A stretch of 40,023 bases of DNA. It comes from Dimargaris cristalligena (Eukaryota). Shown here piece by piece: positions 1-12,265 of the stretch. How positions within the stretch are numbered: position 1 is the first letter of the stretch; the number at the start of each line of letters is the position of its first letter. The DNA is taken from NCBI GenBank assembly GCA_003614675.1, contig ML002342.1, positions 1 to 40,023 of the forward strand, in the 5' to 3' direction. The translations under genes and the position numbers were made by a program. The notes beneath the pieces are model-generated. The model had not been told where the DNA came from. It did no database searches and worked only from the letters and a program-made list of their open reading frames with translations.

Positions 1-857
1 TTTTTAGTTGCATCTGAAGGCACTTGCGTTTACTATTGAATTCATATTTCCAACAAATCCAACGATTAATCTGAAGGCTAAAGGCGGATTTGGTTACCAT
101 ATTCAATTAGCCTGCAGCTGTAAAAATCGACAACTAATATGACTGCTGCTATCAAATATATTGAAAATCCTTATATCTCAAACTGTGGCCTTCATAAAAA
201 TACATGATGCTCAACCAATAACGTTGATATTTGCCTCTTATTATTTTTTTGGAATAGGCTTTAAGAAACCAAGGGGCTTTTTATTATATACATACTCTGT
301 GTCAATTGGACATACACCATATATGTCCGCAAGTGCGCAAGCAGTGTTTCAATGTTATCAGTTGAGGGGGAAAAAAAGGAAGTATTATAATTATTTATGC
401 TGGGCTAGTTACAATCTGATTGAGAGAGTGTATAGAGGAGGGGTTATAAAGAGGAGTGTATCGACTAATTATAAGGCAGATACGGTCGACTTGACAAGAG
501 TATAAATTCGCAAGCTGGGGTAGGTGAATGGAGTTAACAGGGGTTATATGAGGAGGGGAGGAACCTAATGAGAACAGAGATCTAAGAACAATTTTGCACA
601 TTGTCCATCGAATCGATTTCGTTTTTACAAATGGATTTACAAATTAATGGAGGAGGAGAGTATGTGGTGGGAGAAAATACGGTGAAAAGAAATGTCTGTA
701 GGGACTCCTGACAGTGGAGTTTAGCTAAATTATTGATAATCCTGAAGGAAGGGAGAAAATAGGGGTATTTCGGGTTGCTGAGGAACTATGGTAGCCGAAG
801 AAAATGGGGGTGAAAGGTTGGGGGAGGATATAGGGTAATCTGGAAAGAGCCAGGCAA

Positions 858-3800
858 TTAAACGGCCAATTCCTTACCCGACTCGGTAGGGCGACTGTAC
901 ACAAAGACCTGGGACTTGAAGAAGGCCACCACATGGTGCGACGAGATGATAATGGACAAGGTAATCAAAAACGCAATCAAAATCAGCATGCAGTTGAGGA
1001 ACGACATACGTTCATACAGGGCCCCCGACAAAATGGGACCCACCAACATCCCACCGGCGTAGAAAACGTTATTGATCGCGGACAGGAGGGCGTAGCAGTC
1101 GTTGCTGTTCTCGGACATGTAATGGATCATGTGCGGTGTGGGCGAGAACAACACGGACGCCAGACCGAACCCGGTAAAGAGGAGAACTATCACCTGTGTC
1201 CAGACCTGGGTGGGCAGGGAGGTGAGGGGGAGCATCGCTGCGAGGTAGAGAATACTACACGACATGACCAGATGGCGGTCCCAGTGGAAACGGGACATGA
1301 GCCAACCCATGACGGGACTCACAATGGCGTTGGGAATCACCGCCGCCATGAAGAGCAGACCAATGGGACCGGCGCTCAAGCCTAGCCGGTCCTTCAAATG
1401 GAGGGGCAGGACCGTTTCCAGGCTGGTGGTGCTGAGGGAGGCCGCCATGGTGGTGAGGAAACACATGACCAACTGCCAGCTGGTCATCATTTCCCGTACC
1501 GTCGTGGGTTTGCGCTGGACGTTCACGCTTAGCACCGATAAACGACGCTTACGCTTGGTCGAGGATATGCTATTCCGCGCGTCAATGGTAGTTTGGTCCC
1601 AGCCATTAGCCGCCCCCTCGCTCATGGACATCCGTGAGCGGTACGCCGAGTTACGCTGGGAGGGTGGGGGAAGGGAAATCGATAACCGAGGCGCAGGCGC
1701 TTTTCCGTTCGACATCGCCGCGGACTTATTCAGAGAGGCGGTGGGCATCGGCACAGTGGGTGGGGTGGTGGTGGGGGTGCAACTACCGCTAGGCGATTCC
1801 TCAGCAGCGGGGCTCGGGAAAGGGATGGTAAAAGTGGTGGTAGTGGCAACGGCAGGAGTGGCCGACACTGGAGTGGTCCCAGGTTCGTCATCGGCCACGG
1901 ACTCGATATCGGTGACATCGCTGGAGTGATAACTATGCTGGTCCGACAGGTCTTGCTCTCCCGGACCCGACGAACCCAATGGTTTGGGGGTAATCTCATC
2001 GACGGAGCCCCGTCGACTGACGGCCTGACTAGCGGGGTTGCGGATGCAAATAGACACAGATTTGCGGGAGGGAGTAGCGGTTTGGCAGGGGGTGGTAATT
2101 TGGGAGTCAAACGTGGGACGACCCAAAGTGTTGGAGTCCCGGATACGGGGGTCATCTGATCCCTCGCCACTCTCTAAATCCCTATCTTTACCACACAGGG
2201 GTTCCGTCACCGACGCCATCTTAGCAGCTTGCCGAGCCGCCTCTTCTTCCGCTTCGATTTCGGCCTGGCGCTCTTTCCAACCGGCGGTTTCGCCAATGAA
2301 GAGCCGGAGGATCAAGTCCAAGAAAGCCAGACAACCGCCAAAGACAAAAGGGGCCATGCGGCCGCCGCCTTCATAAAGGAACCCGCCAAGAGTGGGACCA
2401 AGCAGCGTTCCCATTGAACTACAGGCCATGACGGAACCCAAAATGGCGATACTCTTGCTAGGGGAGTTCATGTCGAGAATCATCCCGAACCCAATGGCCC
2501 AGGTACCTCCGCCTGCCAGTCCCTGGATTAGACGGGCAATCAGCAATTGGTAGTACTCCTTGGCTATACCGAACAGCAGAGTTGCTACACCCAGGACAAG
2601 TAGGAGGATGCACATGGGAACCTGACGGACCTGGTAGCGGTCACTAAGCCCGCCAAACACAAAACCACCGAACATCAAACCCAAGGCTGTTGTATAGCAT
2701 CATAGGTGGGGTTACCGGAGTTTAACCATTGATGGGACACCGTTAGAACATGCATATGCGTGAAAGAATTCACAAGAGGCAGGCCCCAAATAAATGGTAT
2801 AATAATGTAAAGCGCTACAGTGGCGGATAAGTAAATTATTTAAGGGCCTGTATATAAAGCGGACGCGGGTTTCAAGTAGAAATCCGAGTGGTGGGAAGGC
2901 AAGTATGTGACATGTAAATCAATATATTACAAGGGTTCCCCCGGCCAGAGCTTGACTGACCACTATACCACTTCTATTTTTTACCCACAGCACTCAGTAG
3001 TAATGTACTGACACATTGACCGTAAACAGGAAATGAACCACTTACCGTAAATACCGAACAGAAACCCGTTGGCTTGACTGACGTTATCCACCATCTCGGG
3101 TAAAATGTCGGGTAGGACGGGAACCTATAGATTGGTAGTTGGCAAAACATGGTTAGTTTTCGGAAGACACGATTGATGATCCGATGGGGAAGGGAAGTAC
3201 CAACACCAAAGGGTGAATTAGTTTCGGACCAAAATGGGTAAATACACTGGCCTTAAACAAAGGCTGGAATCCATGAGCTTAGTACAGCCACGAGCCCATC
3301 AAAGAACATCGTGTAGGGACCAGGGTGTTCCAAATGATATTAAGGTTCGGCTCACTAAAGAACCGCAGACTTGGTAAAAGTTGAAGGGAAGGTGCTAACG
3401 GGCGACATGGGCCCTCCATGGCATCTCAGGCCTCTTCCCCGACTAGCCACGGATAATCCGGATTGACCACCTCCTACTCTTTAAAAAGTAGTGATGCTAA
3501 CCAGTCTAGCCATCTCATTCCGGCCATGCGTTTCCACAAGTTCATATTTTTTTTCGAAACGTACTATAAATGGCGACTCTGATGGGAAACGCGGCGTTCT
3601 AGAGGGGTAAGATTCTGAGTTTCTGAACCAGGTTGACATTGTGAATGTCGCATCCGGACTTTCCAAAGATCACCGCCCTTCACTCACTCCCCCGCTACTA
3701 TGTCAAGGGTCTAGGGGACTGCAAAAATAGCCCTACTATGGATAGGCCCACTTACCACTATTCCGTATAGCAACATGTCCCTATATATATTTTTAGGGTT

Positions 3801-4208
3801 GGGCGATGCCAATAGTGTCAATTATACATACATAACCACGGGTTAGATATAAAAAAACGAGTAGCTAAGGCATTAAGAGATCGCATACTATGCTTTCAAG
3901 GCCATGTTGGATGATTGCGACATAAATACAATTAACCACACTAACTGTCGAGCCAAGGATCTTTCTTTAAATGACGGACATGCCAAAGGTGTAATAAAGA
4001 AGGTTCCAATCACTATGCAGGAGATGCCGTCAAACGAGCCGGGCTCGTCTTATTACGGAGTCAATAGAAAACTACAACCAATACAGGCTTATTGCACCAT
4101 CCCATGAATGATATAGCTAACTTACGTGAAGACGGCTAAACCGACCACCGCTATGATAGTGGAAGGGTTATTCCTTAACCTGTCGAAAAAATTGAATATG
4201 CGACCCAT
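858..4208 (-). CDS. MFS transporter, SLC18 (vesicular amine transporter)/DHA1-like; 4 exons: 4208-4126, 3780-3756, 3124-3046, 2686-858; 671 aa
   Basis: GTAAG donors at 4125, 3755 and 3045 and AG acceptors join in frame (83+25+79+1829=2016 nt). The protein begins MGRIFNFFDRLRNNPSTIIAVVGLAVFTDMLLYGIVVPVLPDIL, resembling the SLC18 TM1 motif D(M/N)xLxxxVVPxxP. It carries MFS motif A (GGLSDRY), LLIARLIQG, GPTLGGFLY and GPILSGALY, in two hydrophobic halves. Confidence 0.92.
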
Positions 4209-6733
4209 TGTGAGATAGTTCCGGGATAAGACTAAGATGGTTGGTTACGGGCAGGGCGCTAATGCGTGCCACGATGATTCGGCAAGGAAATCGAAGGGCG
4301 GGTTCCGGAGTACACGATAAGACAGAGTGATGGTTTTTGACGCTATTCGGCTTTTTGACTGGGATAAATCCGACTATTAGGGATAAAACCTATTTTAGTC
4401 CAAATCCAGAATGACGACAAGCTACAGAGGCCCCCTTTTCTAAAAACACAAATAAATAAACTTAATCAATGACAGTGATTGAACATAGAACAAAGGGCAG
4501 CATCAAAAAAGATCCGAAGAGCAGGGGGGAGGCCAAATCCACCTGTTTATATATAGGATACTCTCTGTTTAGGAACCACCGCCCACCTCTCCCTTTCCCC
4601 CACTCGGGTGGTATACTATTTTGCAATCCAAGCTCGTATTATCGGGTGAGTGTTCATCCCTACCGGAACTGGGCGAGTATATTCGAAATGCGCGGACACC
4701 ATGTCCATCCCAGCCCTGTCTGCTCATTCACTAAACTAGGCGTGAATGAGCAAGGATTTGCCCACCACTGCCTTATACATGCCCTACTCTCTCCCCCTTT
4801 TGCTTTTCGAATCCCCGCTAGTCTTTCATCAATTTTAATTATCAGCATTGCAACAAATCAGTGGTACTGGGATCCCATTCAGTCCATTTAAAGTTTTTCC
4901 GGCCTTAAGGTGCGGGTGAACAATTTCTCGACAATGGAGGATTCAGTTGGTCTTACGTACGCGGCCTGTCTGATAACCTGCCCCTATTTATTTTTCCTAC
5001 TAGCCCGAAATGGTTTGGGCCGTCAGTTAATAAGAGCCGCATGCATAAAGCAACCCCCCTCCCAATTCCTACCCGTTAACGGTGGGCCTGGGCAGGAAGA
5101 GAGAGGGAGGGAGGAGGGCTGAGAGTGAAAGAACCGTATAATTTAGGATATGCCTATAGCTTTCTGGGGATTGGATGCTGAAGCCCCAGCACTGAGTGAA
5201 TCGGCCAAAGATTGGCCTTTCCTACCTTCTGTTTCCGACCACTCTAGAGCTGGTGGTGAGTGTATATGCTGAATAACAATACTCCATTAGAATGTACAAT
5301 AGCAGGCCAATGAAATACCATTATAATATAAATGCTCTTCGGGCAAAGAGTGAGCCCGCAGGCGGATGGAGATGGGGAAGGAGAACAGGGAGAGTCCGTT
5401 TAACGAGCCACAGGAGGAGCAACACCAAGGTGCCCATCCTCGTCTGGGGGTTATGGGAGAAACCGTCTGGCCAGGCCACGGAGCCTGTAGTGATTTGGGA
5501 CCAATGATTTAAGAAGGAAATCTTAGTTTAGATAAGCCCAGTTTAGAAGGACATGGGTGGTCAACCAGGGTACTGAAACAGAACGTGGTCGGACCTTCAA
5601 GGCTAGAAAGGTTAAGTAGACTCCCAATATAAAAGCATTCCGACTAGGATAGTTAAGCCTGTACTGATTAGAGGGGCTTAATTATTTACTTCCCAGCCAA
5701 GTCATTTGTTTATACCGCGTTTTACAGGCATTCAGTGAGCCAATAATAGTTTCTCTGCCCCACTGACCATGAAGGGTATTGACATGATCAAGTAAAACCC
5801 ATGCCTTCACTGCCAGCTGTCTTCCATTTATCCCCGGATACCTGTAGATTCGAACCTTTTTTCCATATTTGACCTGGCAGACTTACAAATTACCAGATTA
5901 GCCCGTCATTGACTGAGTCCATCCTCACCCGAAAATTGATGAAATCGCCCCCACAAAAAATAACCACCGTCTTTGTTTGTCTTCGTTCACATGATAGAGA
6001 TATCGGCAACGATGGTCCGACTATTATGAATGAGCAGAAATGTACATCTCCTCGGGCTATTCTGTAAATCACCGGAGTCTTCCATGAGACTTTATTTTTC
6101 CCCTTCAAACCCTCTCCTTCCTGCAGTGCGCATCGCAAAGTAAATTTGACCAAAATTGATGGTGTATGCCAAAGGGTTATTTCATTCGGCCCGGGGCCCG
6201 ATAAATTAATCATGTTATACACTGATCATGGTTGCATATTTGAACAGCGGAAACCAATATTGTGTCCCTATTGAGTGACAGACCAGACAAAGACCATGTG
6301 AAATGAGGGGCAATTTACAAACACCTTTCCACTCAGTCACTGTCGCTGTCGGACATTTCTTACTATTCTTTACGGAATTCCGGGTTGCCTTTCTATATTT
6401 ACTGTCAGTTTCGGAGAGAAAAATTCACGCGGTCGTGATTGTCAGTGTACTTTTGTTTCGTTGGCCTTATTTTCTAATGCCCAATCAACTGGCGCCGTTC
6501 CTGCTTGGTCAACCAACAGCCCTAATAATACGGGTGGGTCTGAGTTTTTTTACGGAGCTGCCCCTCGAGTGGCTCAATGAGTACAACTAAGAAATTGATC
6601 TTGGGGAGTGAACTTCAAGAACGCGTTAGGCCAATGGATATTGCGCAAGTATTACCAATCCAAGGCTTCATCCCTCGGCTCCTAAAACAGTGATTAGACT
6701 AATCACTTGGTGTCTAAGCATGGCTCTAAAAGG

Positions 6734-6762
6734 CTCTCTCTCTCTCCCTCCCTCCCTCCCTC
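6734..6762. repeat. (CT)n/(CCCT)n microsatellite
   Basis: ctctctctctctccctccctccctccctc read directly. Confidence 0.85.
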
Positions 6763-8816
6763 GTTCTTCCAGTATCCAATTTTCTCCAACAGCGTCATTT
6801 AGTTGGAAAGCCCGCCGAAAGGTCTGTCGAAACTATGGCCCTTTGCTTATATAGTTATATTAACGTGTTGTCAGTGTGGCCCCACTTCAATGACAGAGCC
6901 AAAGTACTGTCACTACAAGTATACCCACGCACTGTGGTTAAGGAATGGCTAAGGAAATAGTAGAAGGTATGCGGAGGCAATGGGCAATGCACCCTCACCC
7001 GCCAACCGATTCCCATAATTATACACTCCCTCCACCATATTAACACGTCATTCAGACTCGGCTCACTTGTTTCAGAACAATTAGTCCTTTAATGAGAGAA
7101 GGGTGATGTGGCTATTATCAAAGACCAAGCAATAGACGTAGATGCTCACCCAAACGAAATATATGGAAACTTTGGTAGATTTGACATGCTGCTTTGAAAC
7201 GTCTCAATAGCAAACCCAATCCTCATTAGTTGGCATCCGGGTTTAGGCCCGTTTTATTGTTATGCACTCATCCCCGGGCTCTTTACCGATGGAGTCAATG
7301 CCTGATTTTTTTTATACAAAAGTAGAAATCCTCGTATTTTGATTTGCCAATTGTTTGCCCAATTCCCTGGCCTGTTTATTTGATACTGCAGAGTATCTAA
7401 TAACTCCAGAATGTTCGCCGGATAAACAATAATGAAAGTGCCCTTGGCTCAGAATCGACTACAGCAAACGGGACCCTGTCATATTCAAGTAGAGGATGAG
7501 CTAATTCGCCGATAATGCTGACTAATCTTACACCTCGCCACGCCATCAATTTTCTAATGAAATGAGTAGGTCATTCGAGGATAGAAAGAATCCAGGACCA
7601 ACCAAGAAGTACACTACCAACGGATAGTTCTATACCAAGATCACTGGTACACTGGATATACCATTCACCCCGTCTATTCTCAGCCATTACCAGTCTAATC
7701 CGTTGCTATAGTGGCGGCAGATTGTCCGGGTTTACGGAATGCAGCTCGGATATTCAGTGCTTCCCCCATTCAGGTCGAACTCAACGCTCCAATTACCTTT
7801 AGCGGGTAATATTTTGAGACTGTTCTCAATACAGTACAATACACTCCACTTCCATACTCGACTCCCCCCTAAATGAATACCATAGTGTTAAAATCCCCCC
7901 CTATTAAATAGGTGGACCAAGGCTCGCTCCCTGAAAGTCCAGCCGATAATCATGAATGAGTCCCCCATCCTTATTATGGTTATAGGCCGCTCCGCCCTCT
8001 TTCTCTATCTCACCAGCATAAATAGCCTTTAAATTGTTTCTTCAGAAACCGTAATATTGGAGTAGTGGGATATATTAGATCCATGAAAGGTCAGATAATG
8101 TAGGCAAGTCTAAAAACCAGAGTTTAATAATTATTCTACTGGCATTTGGTATTTCTTGCTTCATGACACAATAGCGGATGCCACCGGTAAACATTGCTAT
8201 CATTTATAACAAGCCAGCTGCCTAGACAAAAGACGAGGTAAAATGGGAGACTAAAGACTATCACCGTGTGCACTCTAAGGTCGCCGAATTAGTCCGATAA
8301 AGGAGCTGAGGAACAATCAGGCGTGTTACTTTAAAAATAGGCACCAATTCTTACCGATGTCAGGGCAGGGTGCCGTCATTTAATATCCACCGCTTTATAT
8401 GGATTTTCACCTTTTCCTCCGTTTTCTATACCACCACCCTACACTAGGTTTGGGAAGGTTGACTACGCCAAACGAGATTGGTGCATCGGAGGCATAGGTC
8501 ATGCTCAAATATTCTGTGAAGTAGAGCCAAGCAAAGGCCTTAAATACCACCCTGGTTCGCAAATGCCAAGAAACAGAGGATGGTGGTGGTGGGGGGGGTG
8601 GTTCCCTATCTATTAAATTTCCCCAACTAACTCAATATACTTTTAAATATTCAGGTTTATCGGAATGGCGAAAAAATAAAATTATTTATTTAGTGATAAA
8701 ATTGATATACATCGTATAGCCCAGCTGGCTGGGTTATACTGATGACCCTGGACAAAATTGGAAGTCGGGACTTTTAATTCGGGTAGCCGTGGTTTGAAGT
8801 GGGGATGATGCCGATT

Positions 8817-9149
8817 TTACAAGTATGAAGGACGGGATTTCTTGCTCGCCTGACGGGTGGTTTTACTGATACTCTCAAGACCATTTGCCACCATATTTTG
8901 GCCGTTTTTTTTAACATCGCGAACACCCCGGTACAACGGAGGAAAGGGTTTGTTGCTGGACGGTCTCACCTTATTGAACAAACGCCTGGGATAGTAGGTT
9001 GGGGATTTAATCGCCTTTCTAATTGAATTAGTGGAACGGGCCCATCCCTTGGAGACGTTGTTTTGTATATTGCTCCATTGAGATTGAACTGAACCCTCTA
9101 CGGCTAGGGCCACGATAGCACCGAGAGCGAGCCCAAAGATAAAACGCAT
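8817..9149 (-). CDS. Small secreted, highly basic protein of unknown function (110 aa, single exon)
   Basis: ATG ORF with a classical signal peptide (MRFIFGLALGAIVALAVEG|S). A TATA-like element lies ~220 nt upstream with a pyrimidine-rich leader, and an AT-rich tract follows the stop. No family recognised. Confidence 0.75.
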   Translation of the reverse strand: MRFIFGLALGAIVALAVEGSVQSQWSNIQNNVSKGWARSTNSIRKAIKSPTYYPRRLFNKVRPSSNKPFPPLYRGVRDVKKNGQNMVANGLESISKTTRQASKKSRPSYL

Positions 9150-9366
9150 ATTGACGTAGTTGTGGGGGATGGGGGCGGTGGAGGTTTGGGAATCGGCAGG
9201 TTAAATAATACGTTAAAAAGGCTTTATGAATGAGTTGGGCGATGGCCGTTAATTTTGATACAAAGAAGCAGGTAATGGTGATTAGTAGTAAACTTGTAAT
9301 GTAATGGAACAAGTGGGGAGTAGGTAAAGAACGATGTTTCACTTCGAGTTTAAACGCCGCTAGACT

Positions 9367-9376
9367 TATTTATATA
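9367..9376 (-). promoter_or_regulatory. TATA box candidate for the small secreted protein gene
   Basis: The minus strand reads TATATAAATA, ~220 nt upstream of the ATG at 9149. Confidence 0.5.
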
Positions 9377-10990
9377 TCAATCGGTGTGTGTATAATTCGA
9401 CTAGAGTGCAGCCCCTGCAGACGGCTAAAGAAATAAGCGCCCGAAAGGTGTCCATCTGGAGGGAGGGCTGCAAAAACCAAATAGCCTGCCGGGCGACTCT
9501 TTACATGCACCGCCGAATGGTTTCTAGGGCGGCTACGTACACCCTGGCTGAATTCGTAAGCATCTTAGTGGTCCATCGAACGACCCACTGGGCATTCCAT
9601 CTAGGTAAATATTAATTCCGATATCCTATAAATAGGGCCCGCGGGAAGATTAGGCGGGCCATTTCAACGACAGGGCGAGTGGTCATAAGACTACTCACCA
9701 TGTGCAATTTTTCCTGCCCGACTATGTCGCTCGCCGAATGTAGGCCAAGCGGGCCCGAATATTCGCTTCGATGGATACAGGCTAACTCATGGAAAGGTCC
9801 TCAGCGTAACACAGAAAAAGGGGGAGGGAGAGAGATCATGAAGACAGGGGTCAACTGGGCGAACCGATTGGCCCAGTCCACTTTCCCTTATGTTCGACTT
9901 TAACTAAGGGGATTCTCATGCACGGTACTTTCCGTTGCCCCAGCTGGACCCCCTAGTATCCGACCGGTGCGGCCAGGCCCTACATGAGGCGGCTTCCGTG
10001 CAACCGTGAATAAAGATAGTTCGGATGGCCTGTTCCGTAGGTTTTATGAAGAGGGAAGACAGTGCCCTAACCCATACCCCCCCATCTTCTTTTCTGTTTT
10101 TTATGGCATGGTGATTTTGGCGCTTATAGGCCACCTGAAGGGGGCCGAAGGTAATTACTAATCGTTTAAATCTCGGATGTATAAATAGGGGTGGCGGAAT
10201 CCCATCGATTTTCAGCTGCTAGTCTTTATTGAGATTCATCGTCCTAGCGCTTCCCTGGGCCCGAGAATGGAGTCCAAGTCTCCCGATTGCAATCAGTGGC
10301 CTGATGTACACTTCATAGGCTGAATAACGGATTCTTTATCTGGGGATCAGGTATCTTCAATAACCTTACAGACGTAATTTGAGTAAGACACGGGGATTGC
10401 GCGGCCAGCTATGTGTGCCCTGAGTAGTGATTGATGGAAATAGTGTAGGTATCACTGGAAATAATATCAGTGCTTTTGGGCGGGTTTCCACCCCCAATTC
10501 GACATTGTATGACGACCCGACCACCTACCTACCGGTTTGCTAACTTGGGTATAATGACACGCGAAATAGATTTTTCTGGTATGCACGATTATCAATAGGT
10601 GTATTCGTATAATGAAGAGTCTGCGACAAAAGTAAATGTCTAATTTGGGGGGGGTGGTATAAGAAGGCTTCAAATAGCTCTATTTGGAGGACCCGGTGGC
10701 CATGAATTGCTGTTTAATATACGGTAGAAACTTAAGTTTTTGGCCATTGCACAAAAGGGAAGCACAGGTGTTCCTGATAACCTCTCCCTATTATCGGTGT
10801 CTACCCCAACCGATGCTCGCTTCCCTTTATTTTTTGGTAGAGGAATAAATAGAGCCCCCTCCCCGGTCCGTGGGACACTGTTTTTACCAGAAAAAATGAT
10901 TAAGGTTATTTTTATTCGCACATCTAGTGACTTTAGTCTGCATCTACTTGGTGTTATACACCCATTCCGTTTATTAGATTTCCAACAACA

Positions 10991-12265
10991 ATGTACTTGC
11001 ATTCTGGTATTATATTGTTATGGCTAAGCTCAACCCACGGGAGTGGTATTCCCGGCCGTATGAGGGATCGCCGAATTAATCCCTCCCCAATAGCTATCCA
11101 ACGGCCACCGTTGTTATCCTTCGAGCCCTTCGTTGCGAGTGAACATGTGCTCTCTACCACTGTCCCTAACTATGTAAGTATTTAACCACGATGGCAGCAA
11201 CAGAAAATGGACGGAATTTGCAAGGAGAGCTGACTAAGAAATGGCGATTAATCGCAATGGACGGGGTTCTAGCTGGGCTTTCTAGTAAGCCACGGACTTA
11301 CAATGTAAACTAAAAGTGTCTTTTTAACGGCTATTTTTAAACGGGGAATATGTCCGTCACTTGCTATTTGCCAGGTTATGCCGTGTCTGAAATATATAGA
11401 AAATGAATCAACTCAGGATATGGCGGTAATGACCATGAGCATGGTTTGCACCATCAAGGCGCTCAACCCCCTAATCCTGGGCAATTGGCAACTATTTGTC
11501 CAAACTATATTCGCCAAGTATCCGGGGCTCTCCGAGCAAATGGAAACCACCCAAACCACACCCATGGGTACGGAAACCGCCACTTTGGTGTCCTTGGAGA
11601 AGGCCACTGACGCGCGTTTATTACATCTGTTTCCGTACCTGGAGTACGCCACCAACGACGGGATTGAGTCGCTCATTGCCCTGTGGATATACATGTACAC
11701 TGGTCACCCCTGGAAGGACGGGCGTGAATTGGCCCAACACCTCCGGTCCCCCTACGTGGACCAAGTTCAATGGTTCCGAACTGCCCGCCCCTTCCTCGTC
11801 CTTCGGAAACTGAAGACCCTATTGATTGAATCGCTCCAAACGGCCACGCAGGTGGTAGTGTGGTATCTCATTTACGGCGGCCAGTCCGAGGCCCTGACCC
11901 GGTTTATCGACTTCAATGTCCAATGGATGACCCAAAAGAAGCGGCTTCATGACGTCGACCCCATTTTTCTCTTCAATTTCGCTGTTCCCGTCGCGATTGA
12001 GTATCGCCAAGATGGCATCATTCGGAATCTGGCCGGCTACTGCGATGCGCTGGTCCGGCAACCCAAACGTATATCGGTGGTGGGATTCGAAGCCAAATGG
12101 GGTATTTTGAAATACCGCCTGGTCAACTGGGAGACTTTGAGTCAGTTACCCTCTCGGTTTAACGTTTACCGTCAGTTGATCCAGTCGACTCCTAGGTACC
12201 AAGGCCTAGTGGATATCGTCGATAATAACTTTGCCGTCCGTGTAGTTGAAGACATTCTGCCTTGA
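10991..12265 (+). CDS. Probable secreted protein of unknown function; 2 exons: 10991-11173, 11375-12265; 357 aa
   Basis: Exon 1 starts MYLHSGIILLWLSSTHG (signal-peptide-like) and ends at a GTAAGT donor (11174). The acceptor ttgccAG (11374) joins it in phase 0 to the 295-aa ORF. No recognisable motif. Confidence 0.8.

Noticed and set aside
933..2417. Plus-strand ORFs of up to 221 aa over the MFS gene, and similar antisense ORFs over the HMG, AsnRS and 13970-15674 genes
   Set aside because: They are antisense or alternate-frame shadows of GC-biased coding sequence.
5847..5856. GGTTCGAATC (tRNA B-box/T-loop) on the minus strand
   Set aside because: The flanks cannot form a T stem or cloverleaf.
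5890..6222. 110-aa minus-strand ORF next to a GTAAGT
   Set aside because: It has a non-ATG start, the stop precedes the donor, and I found no partner exons or motif.
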